This document shows positions 10,353 to 19,350 of a stretch of 64,000 nucleotides of DNA, piece after piece; within the stretch, counting starts at the first letter, position 1, and each line of letters begins with the position of its first letter. The notes beneath the pieces were generated by a model, which did not search any database, had not been told where the DNA came from, and saw only the letters and a list, made by a program, of their open reading frames with translations. The position numbers and the translations under genes were made by a program. The DNA comes from an uncultured Gemmatimonadaceae bacterium (GTDB taxonomy: Bacteria; Gemmatimonadota; Gemmatimonadetes; Gemmatimonadales; Gemmatimonadaceae), in NCBI GenBank assembly GCA_964391175.1, contig CAYMKQ010000002.1, positions 8,799 through 72,798 on the forward strand. Direction: 5' to 3'.

Positions 10353-10673
10353 ATGACCAAAGCCGACCTCGTCGAGCGTGTCACGGCCCAGATCTCCCGC
10401 ACCGCCGGGCCGATGATTTCGAAGAAGGACTGCGCTCGCGTCGTCGACGCTTTCCTCGAGGCGATCAAGGAATCGCTCCAGACTCAGGAGAATATCGAGG
10501 TAAGGGGATTCGGCACTTTCAAGATTCGCAATCGGAAGACTCGCATGGCGCGGAACCCGCGCACGGGCGCGCCTGTCGAGGTTTCCGCTCGACCGGTGCC
10601 CGTTTTCAAGCCTTCCAAGGAGCTGCGCGCCCTCGTCGCGGGGGTTGATATCTCGCAGATGTCGGAAGCGTAA
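10353..10673 (+). CDS. HU/IHF family DNA-binding protein (IHF-beta-like)
   Basis: MTKADL, IEVRGFGTF, ARNPRTG, FKPSKELR motifs. Confidence 0.95.
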   Translation: MTKADLVERVTAQISRTAGPMISKKDCARVVDAFLEAIKESLQTQENIEVRGFGTFKIRNRKTRMARNPRTGAPVEVSARPVPVFKPSKELRALVAGVDISQMSEA

Positions 10674-10703
10674 CGACTTAGCTTTGAGGGAGGGGGGGCG
10701 CAC

Positions 10704-10949
10704 ATGTCCATCGTGACGGTGCAATTGTTCGCGGCATACGCCGAACTCCTCGGCCGCGCGACTCTGGATGTCCCCCTCGGTCACGGCGACACCGTAGGCG
10801 ATCTCGTCCGTAGCATCAGGTCCCTCCCGGGCGGGTCCGCGCTTCCTGAGACTCCGCTGGTCGCAGTCAACAGAGATTTCGCCGCCCAGGATGTGTTGAT
10901 CCGGACGAGCGACGAGATCGCTCTCATCCCACCCATGGCGGGCGGATGA
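10704..10949 (+). CDS. moaD: Molybdopterin synthase sulfur carrier subunit
   Basis: 81-aa ubiquitin-like protein ending in GG, adjacent to moaE. Confidence 0.92.
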   Translation: MSIVTVQLFAAYAELLGRATLDVPLGHGDTVGDLVRSIRSLPGGSALPETPLVAVNRDFAAQDVLIRTSDEIALIPPMAGG

Positions 10950-11386
10950 GGCGCTCTGCACTCGTGGCAAGCCCAATCGATCCAGCCGCGCTGATCGCTG
11001 AAGTGTCGACCCAGGAGTGCGGTGCAGTCTCGGTCTTCCTCGGCACTGTACGCGATATCACCGAGGGCCGCACGGTGGATGCGATCGATTACTCCGCCTA
11101 CGCGGCGATGGCCGAGGCAGAGCTGGCGCGAATAGTCAGCGAAGCGGGCGAGCGCTTTGACGTCGCCTCGCTCGTAGTCGAGCACCGCATCGGGTCGCTC
11201 TCACTTGGCGAAGTCAGTGTTGCGATCGTTGCGGGCCATGCTCACCGCGCGCCCGCGCTCGACTGTGTCAGACACGTGATCGACGAGATCAAGAAACGCG
11301 TCCCGATCTGGAAGATGGAGCACTACGCCGATGGAACGCGGGACTGGGTCGACCCCACCCGCGCCAGCGAGACGGAGCGCGTATGA
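10946..11386 (+). CDS. moaE: Molybdopterin synthase catalytic subunit
   Basis: GAVSVFLGTVR, HRIG, AHR, KRVPIWKME motifs. Confidence 0.94.
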   Translation: MRRSALVASPIDPAALIAEVSTQECGAVSVFLGTVRDITEGRTVDAIDYSAYAAMAEAELARIVSEAGERFDVASLVVEHRIGSLSLGEVSVAIVAGHAHRAPALDCVRHVIDEIKKRVPIWKMEHYADGTRDWVDPTRASETERV

Positions 11387-12366
11387 GCCCCGCGCTTAAG
11401 GATGGTCACGGCCGCAGCATTGAGTATCTCCGGATCTCCGTCACCGACCGGTGCAACTTCCGCTGTCTCTACTGCATGCCCGCGACGGGACTCGAGTGGC
11501 TGCCCAAGTCCGATATTCTCTCCTATGAGGAGATCGCCGGGGTAGTCAGCCAGCTCGCGCCACTTGGGTTGACGCGTCTCCGCATCACGGGCGGCGAGCC
11601 CACTTTGCGCCCTGATCTCCACCGTCTGATATCGATGCTTCGCGCCATCCCTGGCATCGAGGATATCTCGTTATCGACGAACGGAGTCCGCCTTCCGGAG
11701 CTAGCCAGAGAGCTGAGGGCGGCGGGTCTCGATCGGGTGAACATGAGCGCGGATTCGCTGAGGTCCGACCGCATCAAGGCGATCTCGCGCCGAAACCTCG
11801 AGTTCGATCCGGTCGCCGCGGCGCGTGCGGCCGAGGATGCAGGCTTGTCACCGATCAAGATCAACGTAGTGCTGATGCGCGGAATCAACGACGATGAAAT
11901 CCCGGATCTCGCGCGGCTCTCGATCGATCACGAGTGGCACGTGAGATTCATCGAGCTCATGCCCGTTGGAGAGATGCGCGATCTCACCTGGGATCACGTG
12001 GTGCCGAGCGACGAGGTGTTGAGCCGGCTCGATTCGATCGCGCCTCTCGAGTCCGTGAATGGTCCGTCGCGGGGCAACGGTCCGGCGCGTTACTTCCGCT
12101 TTCCGGGAGCGGCGGGAACTGTCGGGATCATCACGCCGATGACGCACACCTACTGCGGCAGCTGCAATCGCGTTCGTCTCACCGCTGATGGTCGTCTTCG
12201 CACGTGTCTCTTCGGCGACCACGAGGTCGATCTCCGATCACCACTCCGCGAGGGTCTGCCACTCGGTCCCTTCTTTCGCACCGCGCTCTCTGAGAAGCCC
12301 AAGGAGCACAATCTCCTTCAGATGAACGTCGGCGGTCTGCGTGCACTCTCGCAGGTCGGAGGCTGA
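11383..12366 (+). CDS. moaA: GTP 3',8-cyclase (radical SAM)
   Basis: LRISVTDRCNFRCLYCMP, C-terminal CGSCNRVR...C, terminal GG. Confidence 0.96.
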   Translation: MSPALKDGHGRSIEYLRISVTDRCNFRCLYCMPATGLEWLPKSDILSYEEIAGVVSQLAPLGLTRLRITGGEPTLRPDLHRLISMLRAIPGIEDISLSTNGVRLPELARELRAAGLDRVNMSADSLRSDRIKAISRRNLEFDPVAAARAAEDAGLSPIKINVVLMRGINDDEIPDLARLSIDHEWHVRFIELMPVGEMRDLTWDHVVPSDEVLSRLDSIAPLESVNGPSRGNGPARYFRFPGAAGTVGIITPMTHTYCGSCNRVRLTADGRLRTCLFGDHEVDLRSPLREGLPLGPFFRTALSEKPKEHNLLQMNVGGLRALSQVGG

Positions 12367-12387
12367 GCGCTCGACTGTTCGCGGCGA

Positions 12388-12416
12388 TTGCCAGCTCTAC
12401 ACCCCGCCGGTAACTT
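12388..12416 (+). promoter_or_regulatory. Putative sigma70 promoter for mdh
   Basis: TTGCCA-17 bp-TAACTT upstream of ATG 12451. Confidence 0.55.
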
Positions 12417-12450
12417 TCGTGCACCAACTCTCCACAAGTAGAAAGCAATA

Positions 12451-13380
12451 ATGGTCAACAAGATTACGGTGGTCGGTGCGGGCAACGTCGGTGCCACGAC
12501 GTCGCAGCGAATCGCCGAGAAGGAGCTCGCCCGCACGGTCGTACTCGTGGACATCCAGGAAGGGATTCCGCAGGGCAAGGGACTCGATCAGTGGCAATCG
12601 GCTCCGATCGAGGGATTCGACAGCCGCGTCATCGGGACCAACGGCTACGACGAGACCCGCGACTCCGAGATCATCGTCATCACGGCCGGTATTGCGCGAA
12701 AGCCAGGCATGTCGAGGGACGACCTTCTCAATACGAATGCCGGGATCGTCAAGCAGGTTTCGGAGCAGATCAGGACGACTTCTCCCAACGCGATCCTGAT
12801 CGTGGTGTCGAATCCGCTCGACGTCATGTCTTACGTGGCGATGAAGGTGACCGACTTTCCGCGCGAGCGCGTTCTCGGAATGGCCGGCGTTCTCGACACC
12901 GCGCGCTACCGCGCCTTCCTCGCCGAAGCGCTCGACGTCTCCGTGAGGGACATTCAGGCGATGGTTTTGGGAGGGCACGGCGACACGATGGTGCCCCTCG
13001 TCTCCTGCACCTCCGTCAGCGGCATCCCCATCACGCAGCTGATGCCGCAGGCGAAGCTGGATTCGATAATCGAGCGTACGCGCGCGGGCGGAGCGGAGAT
13101 AGTGAAGTTCCTCAAGACCGGCTCCGCGTACTATGCCCCGTCATCCGCCGCGGTGCAGATGTGCGAGGCAATCGTGCACGATCAGAAGCGCATTCTTCCC
13201 TGTGCTGCCTGGCTCAACGGGGAGTACGGAATGTCAGGCCTCTTCCTCGGGGTCCCGTGCAAGCTCGGACGGCGCGGTCTGGAGAAGATCATCGAGGTCG
13301 AGCTGACGCAAGAGGAGCGTGATGCCCTGGCGAAGAGCGCGGATGCGGTGCGCGAGCCCATGGGCGCAGTAAAGATCTAG
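12451..13380 (+). CDS. mdh: Malate dehydrogenase (LDH-like)
   Basis: [37 protein letters not shown] motifs. Confidence 0.97.
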   Translation: MVNKITVVGAGNVGATTSQRIAEKELARTVVLVDIQEGIPQGKGLDQWQSAPIEGFDSRVIGTNGYDETRDSEIIVITAGIARKPGMSRDDLLNTNAGIVKQVSEQIRTTSPNAILIVVSNPLDVMSYVAMKVTDFPRERVLGMAGVLDTARYRAFLAEALDVSVRDIQAMVLGGHGDTMVPLVSCTSVSGIPITQLMPQAKLDSIIERTRAGGAEIVKFLKTGSAYYAPSSAAVQMCEAIVHDQKRILPCAAWLNGEYGMSGLFLGVPCKLGRRGLEKIIEVELTQEERDALAKSADAVREPMGAVKI

Positions 13381-13412
13381 GAAAGTCGATGCGCAGGATT
13401 CGCGCGCAGCCC

Positions 13413-13670
13413 TTATGGGGCGATCCGATGCCGCTCGAGCTCTCGGCTCAGACGGGTTTTCTCACTTTCTTTTTCCCCCGGATCGTGTTGTTGTCGTTCT
13501 TCGAGAAGACGGTGCGCTCCGTCCTGATCCGTTCCATTTCCATTCGGCTTGCGCGGCGTCGCGCCATTGCCTGAGTGAAGCTGCTCCAGAATCTTGCCGC
13601 GCGTCTTGGCGCCGTGTCCGCCTTCTGCGTGATCCTGGGGCCCTTTCTGTACGCCGTCCTTGTTCTGCAT
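13413..13670 (-). CDS. Small hydrophilic hypothetical protein (85 aa)
   Basis: ATG at 13670 preceded by GGAGG. Fills the gap between mdh and dcd. No recognisable motif. Confidence 0.65.
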   Translation of the reverse strand: MQNKDGVQKGPQDHAEGGHGAKTRGKILEQLHSGNGATPRKPNGNGTDQDGAHRLLEERQQHDPGEKESEKTRLSRELERHRIAP

Positions 13671-13730
13671 CAGCCGTGCTTCCTCCAATAACGGTTAGTC
13701 CTTACGATATCCGGCAAGCCGGAGGCCACG

Positions 13731-14285
13731 CTACAGCCGAGGTAGCGTTACGCCCTGCTGGCCCTGGTACTTCCCCTTCTTGTCCTTGTACGATACTTCC
13801 GGCTCTTCCTCCCCCTTGAAGAAGAGCACCTGGGCAATGCCTTCGTTCGCGTAGATCTTGGCGGGAAGGGGAGTCGTGTTCGAGATCTCGAGGGTGACGA
13901 AGCCTTCCCATTCGGGCTCGAAGGGCGTGACGTTGGTGATGATCCCACACCGCGCGTAAGTGGATTTCCCCACCGTGATAGTTACGACATTGCGCGGAAT
14001 CCGGAAGTACTCCACGGAACGGGCGAGAGCAAAGGAGTTCGGAGGAACGATGCACACGTCGCCCTCGAACTCGACGAAGGACCTCGGATCGAAGTTTTTG
14101 GGATCGACGATGGAGCTCAGCACGTTGGTGAATATCTTGAACTCCGCGGCGACCCTCATGTCGTATCCGTATGAGCTCACACCGTAGGAAATGACGCCTG
14201 ACCTTACCTGGCTGCTCTCGAAGGGCTCGATCATCCCGTGCTCCCTGGCCATGCGGGTGATCCAGCGATCCGCTTGAATTGACAT
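13731..14285 (-). CDS. dcd: dCTP deaminase
   Basis: [47 protein letters not shown] motifs. Start at ATG 14285. Confidence 0.96.
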   Translation of the reverse strand: MSIQADRWITRMAREHGMIEPFESSQVRSGVISYGVSSYGYDMRVAAEFKIFTNVLSSIVDPKNFDPRSFVEFEGDVCIVPPNSFALARSVEYFRIPRNVVTITVGKSTYARCGIITNVTPFEPEWEGFVTLEISNTTPLPAKIYANEGIAQVLFFKGEEEPEVSYKDKKGKYQGQQGVTLPRL

Positions 14286-14395
14286 TGATTGCGAGATTGG
14301 GTTGCGGTGGGCGCCTGCTCGTCGGTGGGTATTCCGGTAGTTTGCGTCGTGAATGTACGATTTTCGCACTACTCTCGCCACCGAGTTGGGAACCG

Positions 14396-14424
14396 TTGAA
14401 TTACCAGATTGCCAACGGTAAATT
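14396..14424 (+). promoter_or_regulatory. Sigma70-type promoter of the nuo operon
   Basis: TTGAAT-17 bp-TAAATT in the divergent dcd/nuoA intergenic region. Confidence 0.6.
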
Positions 14425-14438
14425 CCCCGAAATCACAC

Positions 14439-14456
14439 TAGTGAAATTTTTCACGA
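14439..14456. promoter_or_regulatory. Rex-type operator (redox-sensing repressor site)
   Basis: TAGTGAA-ATTT-TTCACGA matches the Rex consensus TTGTGAA-N4-TTCACAA with 2 symmetric mismatches. Lies between the promoter and the nuoA ATG. Confidence 0.7.
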
Positions 14457-14469
14457 AGTCTGGAACCCT

Positions 14470-14874
14470 ATGGCTCGCGCTTATTTCCCGGTTCTGATGC
14501 TCCTTGGTTTCGTGGTGATCAATGCGCTAATGATCATCGCGATTTCGTCGCTTACCATCCGTTCCAGGCCGACGCCCGTGAAGCAGCAGGCGTACGAATC
14601 CGGAGTTCCCGCCCTCGGCGACGCGCGAGAGAGGTTTTCGGTCCGCTTCTATCTGGTCGCGATCCTGTTCATCATCTTCGACATCGAGACCGTGTTCATG
14701 ATCCCGTGGGCGGTCTATTTCAAGCAGCTCTCCTGCTTCGTGCCGCTCGTGAACGAAGCGTGCCCAGTGGGAAACATCTCCTTCTTCGGCCTCGGCGAGA
14801 TGCTCGTATTCATGCTCATCCTTCTCGTCGGATTCGTGTACGTCTGGAAGAAAGGAGCACTGCAATGGGACTGA
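14470..14874 (+). CDS. nuoA: NADH-quinone oxidoreductase subunit A
   Basis: [26 protein letters not shown] motifs. Confidence 0.96.
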   Translation: MARAYFPVLMLLGFVVINALMIIAISSLTIRSRPTPVKQQAYESGVPALGDARERFSVRFYLVAILFIIFDIETVFMIPWAVYFKQLSCFVPLVNEACPVGNISFFGLGEMLVFMLILLVGFVYVWKKGALQWD

Positions 14875-15491
14875 CGGCTCCGGCCGAGCGCAGCACCGTG
14901 ACGTATGATCCCGAGTCGCAGGAGGGTTGGGTGGCGACGCGCCTCGACTTTCTCGTCAACTGGGCGCGCGCCAACTCCCTGTGGCCGATGCCTTTCGGCA
15001 CCGCATGCTGCGCGATCGAGTTCATGGCGACCGCCGCCAGCGACTTCGACCTCGCGAGATTCGGCATGGAGCGCATGAGCTTTTCGCCAAGGCAGGCCGA
15101 TGTGCTCATCTGCGCCGGCCGTGTCCCATTCAAGCTCGCGCCGATCATCAGACGCATCTGGCAGCAGATGCCTCAGCCCAAGTGGTGTATCTCGATGGGA
15201 GCGTGCGCGTCGACCGGCGGAATGTTCGACAACTACGCGGTGGTGCAGGGCATCGACACGATCATTCCCGTTGACGTCTACGTGCCGGGATGCCCGCCGC
15301 GACCCGAGGGCCTCCTCTACGGAATCCGGATGCTCCAGGAGAAGGTCAAAAACGAGCGTGCCGCCGACGCCGGCATCCGCGACGAGATGGAGCCCGATCC
15401 TTCGAGCCAGCTCTACATTCCTCCCTCGGTGATCGATGAGCTGGGCGAGCCGTTCGGAAACTCGGTACACCAGACCAGGTCGGGCCTGTGA
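14865..15491 (+). CDS. nuoB: NADH-quinone oxidoreductase subunit B
   Basis: [28 protein letters not shown] motifs. Confidence 0.97.
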   Translation: MGLTAPAERSTVTYDPESQEGWVATRLDFLVNWARANSLWPMPFGTACCAIEFMATAASDFDLARFGMERMSFSPRQADVLICAGRVPFKLAPIIRRIWQQMPQPKWCISMGACASTGGMFDNYAVVQGIDTIIPVDVYVPGCPPRPEGLLYGIRMLQEKVKNERAADAGIRDEMEPDPSSQLYIPPSVIDELGEPFGNSVHQTRSGL

Positions 15492-16183
15492 CGCGTTTCG
15501 AGGTCGTGCAGACTGGTACGCTTGCGTCCGGTCCACAGGCTGTCACGCCCAGACATGTGCCGCATCGTGGCGGTGAGGCGAATCCGTCAGCATGGGCGCT
15601 CAAGGACAAGTTCTCTTCCGCGATAAGACGCGTCGAGGTTATCTGGGGAGAGACCGTTGTTCATGTGGATCCCGGGTCGCTCAAACAGGTTATTCGCTGG
15701 CTGCACGACGATTCCACGCAGCAGTACGACTACCTGAGCGACGTCACGGCCGTCGAATACCGGGACGCCGAAGTTCCGATCGAAGTGGTGTGGCACCTCC
15801 GCTCGCTTCCTTACCGGCGCTTCCTTCGAATCAAGGTCGATCTGGAAAAGGGCAAGCCGCTGGAGACCGACAGTGTCTACGACATCTACCGCGCGGCCGA
15901 CTGGCTCGAGCGCGAGTGCTACGACATGTTCGGCATCCGCTTTCGCGGCCACCCCGATCTGCGGCGGATTCTGATGTGGGAGTCGTACAAGGAAGGCTTT
16001 CCACTCCGGAAGGATTTCCCGTTGCGCGGACGGTTCAGCCGCTCGGAGCAGCTCCGCCAGGCACTGGCGCAGAATCCCGAAGCCCGTTACTCGATGGAGG
16101 AGCTTTCGATCGCCGACGCGTTCGCAGAGCTCCCGGAGGACATGCGCGACCGTCTCAGCAAAGGCGAGAGGACGGGGGAGTAG
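15488..16183 (+). CDS. nuoC: NADH-quinone oxidoreductase subunit C
   Basis: [28 protein letters not shown] motifs. Confidence 0.96.
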   Translation: MTRFEVVQTGTLASGPQAVTPRHVPHRGGEANPSAWALKDKFSSAIRRVEVIWGETVVHVDPGSLKQVIRWLHDDSTQQYDYLSDVTAVEYRDAEVPIEVVWHLRSLPYRRFLRIKVDLEKGKPLETDSVYDIYRAADWLERECYDMFGIRFRGHPDLRRILMWESYKEGFPLRKDFPLRGRFSRSEQLRQALAQNPEARYSMEELSIADAFAELPEDMRDRLSKGERTGE

Positions 16184-17491
16184 ATGTCGAAGCGCACGAT
16201 AGAAGTCGAGCTCTCCACCTCAGGGCTCGACCGACAGGGGAAACCGCAGCGCGTTCCGCTGGTGACGAACGACGGAGGAACGGCCGTCGCTCTCGAGCCG
16301 CCGCCGAGTGTCGAGCCTGATCTGGATGGCGAGCACATGCTCATCAACATCGGCCCTCAGCACCCGGCCACTCACGGCGTTCTTCGCCTCGTGCTCGAGC
16401 TGGATGGCGAGACGGTGGTGCGCTGCATTCCACACATCGGCTATCTCCACTGCGGGTTCGAGAAGATGGGCGAGTACCGGCAGTACAACCAGATAATCTG
16501 CTGGACCGATCGCGAGGATTATCTCAATTCGCTCGGCAACAACGTAGCGTTCGCGTTGGGCGCGGAGCGCCTGTTCGGCATAGAGACAACGGAGCGCTGC
16601 AAGGTTCTTCGCGTCATCGCATCCGAGATCTCGCGCATTATGTCCCATCTGGTCTGGCTCGGGACGTTCTGCATCGATATAGGAGCGTTCACGCCATTCC
16701 TCTGGGCGTTCCAGCGGCGTGAGGAGCTTTACCGGCTGACCGAGAAATGGGTCGGTGCCCGGCTCACGACTTCAGCGACCCGCGTCGGCGGAATGGCCGC
16801 CGACATTCCGGCCGGCTGGATGGATGGTCTCCGGCAGTTCATACGCACCTTCCCGCACACGCTCGACGAGATCGATCGCGTGCTGACGAAGAACGCGATC
16901 TGGGTCGGCCGTACGGTCGGCCTGGGCGTCATGACCCCCGACGAAGCCGTGAACTGGGGATTGTCGGGACCGATGCTCCGCGCCTCTGGTGTCGCGTACG
17001 ACGTGCGAAAGGACTTTCCGTACCTCGACTACGAGACCTACGACTTCGACGTTCCGGTTGGAACGAATGGAGATGTCTACGACCGTTACCTGTGCCGTTT
17101 CGAAGAGATGCGCCAGTCTGTGCGGATTCTGCAGCAGGCGGCCGACCGACTACCCGACGGACCCGTAAACATCGACGATCCGCGAATCATTCTTCCGCCA
17201 AAGTCCAAGGCGATGAGTGAGATGGAATCCATGATCCACCACTTCAAGGTAGTGATGGAGGGGCCGCGACCGCCGATCGGCGAGTCATACGTCGCGAACG
17301 AGAGCCCGAAAGGGGAGAAGGGCTACTATATGGTATCGGATGGGACTTCCAAGCCGGTTCGCTGGAGGATCCGCCCACCGTCCTTCCTCAACCTAGCGGC
17401 GATTCCGAAGATGGTGGAAGGGCATCTACTCTCGGATGTCATCGCCATCAACGCGAGCATCGACATCGTCATGGGAGAGATCGACCGTTGA
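16184..17491 (+). CDS. nuoD: NADH-quinone oxidoreductase subunit D
   Basis: GPQHPATHGVLRL, GYLHCGFEK, ESPKGE, DIVMGEIDR motifs. Confidence 0.97.
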   Translation: MSKRTIEVELSTSGLDRQGKPQRVPLVTNDGGTAVALEPPPSVEPDLDGEHMLINIGPQHPATHGVLRLVLELDGETVVRCIPHIGYLHCGFEKMGEYRQYNQIICWTDREDYLNSLGNNVAFALGAERLFGIETTERCKVLRVIASEISRIMSHLVWLGTFCIDIGAFTPFLWAFQRREELYRLTEKWVGARLTTSATRVGGMAADIPAGWMDGLRQFIRTFPHTLDEIDRVLTKNAIWVGRTVGLGVMTPDEAVNWGLSGPMLRASGVAYDVRKDFPYLDYETYDFDVPVGTNGDVYDRYLCRFEEMRQSVRILQQAADRLPDGPVNIDDPRIILPPKSKAMSEMESMIHHFKVVMEGPRPPIGESYVANESPKGEKGYYMVSDGTSKPVRWRIRPPSFLNLAAIPKMVEGHLLSDVIAINASIDIVMGEIDR

Positions 17492-18036
17492 CCCCTGAAA
17501 TGCTCGGCGGTCTCGAGTCGCCCGACTACGCATCCCATGGCGGCGCGGGTCATGGGGCCTACCAGGCTGTGTTCACCGGAGACGCGCGGCGGGAGCTCGA
17601 TGAGCTCCTCACGCACTATCCAACGAAGATGGCAGCGCTTCTTCCCGCCCTGTGGATCGTGCAGCGCGAGAGAGGCTGGGTGAGCGACGATGGCATGGCG
17701 GAAGTCGCCGGGTTGCTGGATCTCACGCCCGCCTACGTCAAGGGTGTAGTGACGTTCTACACCATGTACCACCAGCATCCGGTGGGAAAGTATTTCATCC
17801 AGGTGTGCACTACGTCGCCATGCGGGATCTGCGGCGCTGAGGACGTCGCGAAGGCTTTTCTGCGCCATACCGGAGCCGGCGAGCTCGGAGTGACGTCTCC
17901 CGATGGGAAGTTCACCGTCATCGAGGTCGAGTGTCTCGGCGCGTGCGGGTTCGCAACGCCCGTGATGATCAACGAAGAATTCATCGAGTCTGTCACCCCG
18001 GACCAGATTCCGGAACTCCTCGAACGACTGGCATAA
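17488..18036 (+). CDS. nuoE: NADH-quinone oxidoreductase subunit E
   Basis: TFYTMY, CTTSPC, ECLGAC [2Fe-2S] motifs. Confidence 0.95.
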   Translation: MTPEMLGGLESPDYASHGGAGHGAYQAVFTGDARRELDELLTHYPTKMAALLPALWIVQRERGWVSDDGMAEVAGLLDLTPAYVKGVVTFYTMYHQHPVGKYFIQVCTTSPCGICGAEDVAKAFLRHTGAGELGVTSPDGKFTVIEVECLGACGFATPVMINEEFIESVTPDQIPELLERLA

Positions 18037-19350
18037 ATGGGCTACCCGCACCAGCCGCACCAGAGAGAAGCGACGGTCCTGTCGCGCTACTTCGGCGACC
18101 CCGAAGCGCGCACCCTCGAGGGGTGGAAGAAGCGCGGTGGCTACAAGGCGCTCGACAAGGCGCTCGGAATGACGCCAGCTGACATTGTGAACGTCGTCAA
18201 GGAATCCGGCTTGCGAGGCAGAGGCGGCGCCGGATTCCCGACCGGAATGAAGTGGTCGTTCATGAAGCCCGGCGACGGCAAGCCCCACTATCTCTGCTGC
18301 AACGCCGACGAATCCGAGCCCGGCACCTTCAAGGATCGGGAGCTGATGCGCTGGACTCCGCACGCGCTCGTCGAAGGCTGCGCGATCGGGGCGTACGCGA
18401 TCGGCGCGGAGACCGCCTACATCTACATCCGCGGGGAATTCACTGAGCCGCTGTACTGGATGAACGAGGCGGTGAAGGAAGCGTACGCCGCCGGCATCAT
18501 CGGCAAGAACGCCATGGGCACCGGGAAGAGAATCGACGTGCACGTGCACAAGGGCGCCGGCGCCTACATCTGTGGTGAGGAGACCGCCCTCATGAACTCG
18601 CTCGAGGGACGCCGCGGAAATCCACGAATCAAACCGCCCTTTCCCGCCGTCTCGGGCGTCTTCGGCATGCCGACGACCATCAACAACGTCGAGACGCTCA
18701 TCGCTGCCGCGCCCATTCTCATGAACGGTGCCGACTGGTACAAGAAGATGTGCCTCTCGAATCCGAAGAGCACCGGCACCAAGCTCTACTCGGTCTGCGG
18801 CAACGTAGAGCGACCCGGGACGTACGAAGTGGTAATGGGATTCCCATTCAAGGAATTCCTGTACGATGTGTGCGGTGGCCCTCTCGCGGGCAGAAAGTTC
18901 AAGGCCGTGATACCTGGCGGAGTCTCGGTGCCGATTCAGTCGATCGACGAGGCTGAGGCAACCCTCATGGACTACGAGGGCTTCGTGGAGAAGGGATCGA
19001 TGCTCGGGTCGGGAGGAGTGATACTGATCGACGACGCGCAGTCGATGGTTGCCGTCATCGCCCGGATAGCGCGCTTCTTCGCGCACGAGAGCTGCGCACA
19101 GTGCACGCAGTGCCGTGAAGGCACGGCCTGGACCACCAAGATCATGGAGCGCATTCGGGACGGTCAGGGAACGATGGAAGACATGGATACGCTGCTCGAC
19201 ATCGCCGAGCAGATGACGGGAAAGACGATCTGCGTTCTGAGCGATTCGTGCGCGACTCCAGTCGTCTCAGGCATCAACAAGTTCCGGGGGGAGTTCGAGG
19301 CCCTGATTCAGGGACGGCGCTTTCACCCAGTGATCGAGGCGGTTGCCTGA
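18037..19350 (+). CDS. nuoF: NADH-quinone oxidoreductase subunit F
   Basis: GLRGRGGAGFPTG, NADESEPGT, GAYICGEETAL, ESCAQCTQCREG motifs. Confidence 0.98.
   Translation: MGYPHQPHQREATVLSRYFGDPEARTLEGWKKRGGYKALDKALGMTPADIVNVVKESGLRGRGGAGFPTGMKWSFMKPGDGKPHYLCCNADESEPGTFKDRELMRWTPHALVEGCAIGAYAIGAETAYIYIRGEFTEPLYWMNEAVKEAYAAGIIGKNAMGTGKRIDVHVHKGAGAYICGEETALMNSLEGRRGNPRIKPPFPAVSGVFGMPTTINNVETLIAAAPILMNGADWYKKMCLSNPKSTGTKLYSVCGNVERPGTYEVVMGFPFKEFLYDVCGGPLAGRKFKAVIPGGVSVPIQSIDEAEATLMDYEGFVEKGSMLGSGGVILIDDAQSMVAVIARIARFFAHESCAQCTQCREGTAWTTKIMERIRDGQGTMEDMDTLLDIAEQMTGKTICVLSDSCATPVVSGINKFRGEFEALIQGRRFHPVIEAVA

Noticed and set aside
10687-10698. G7 run upstream of moaD as a phase-variation or G-quadruplex element
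   Set aside because: It is short, explained by a G-rich Shine-Dalgarno region, and lacks four separate G-tracts.
13388-13412. Hairpin between the convergent mdh and small ORF as an intrinsic terminator
   Set aside because: Only a ~5-bp stem and no U-tract on either strand.
14351-14379. Possible sigma54 (GG-N10-GC) site on the - strand upstream of dcd
   Set aside because: Poor match to TGGCAC-N5-TTGC. The same bases fit a weak sigma70 TGGCGA-17-TACATT equally well, so it is unresolved.
17326-19086. Long antisense ORFs (also 25991-27514, 37242-38867, 49303-51090, 55833-57248)
   Set aside because: They mirror well-conserved + strand genes and arise from GC3 codon bias. No independent motifs or RBS.
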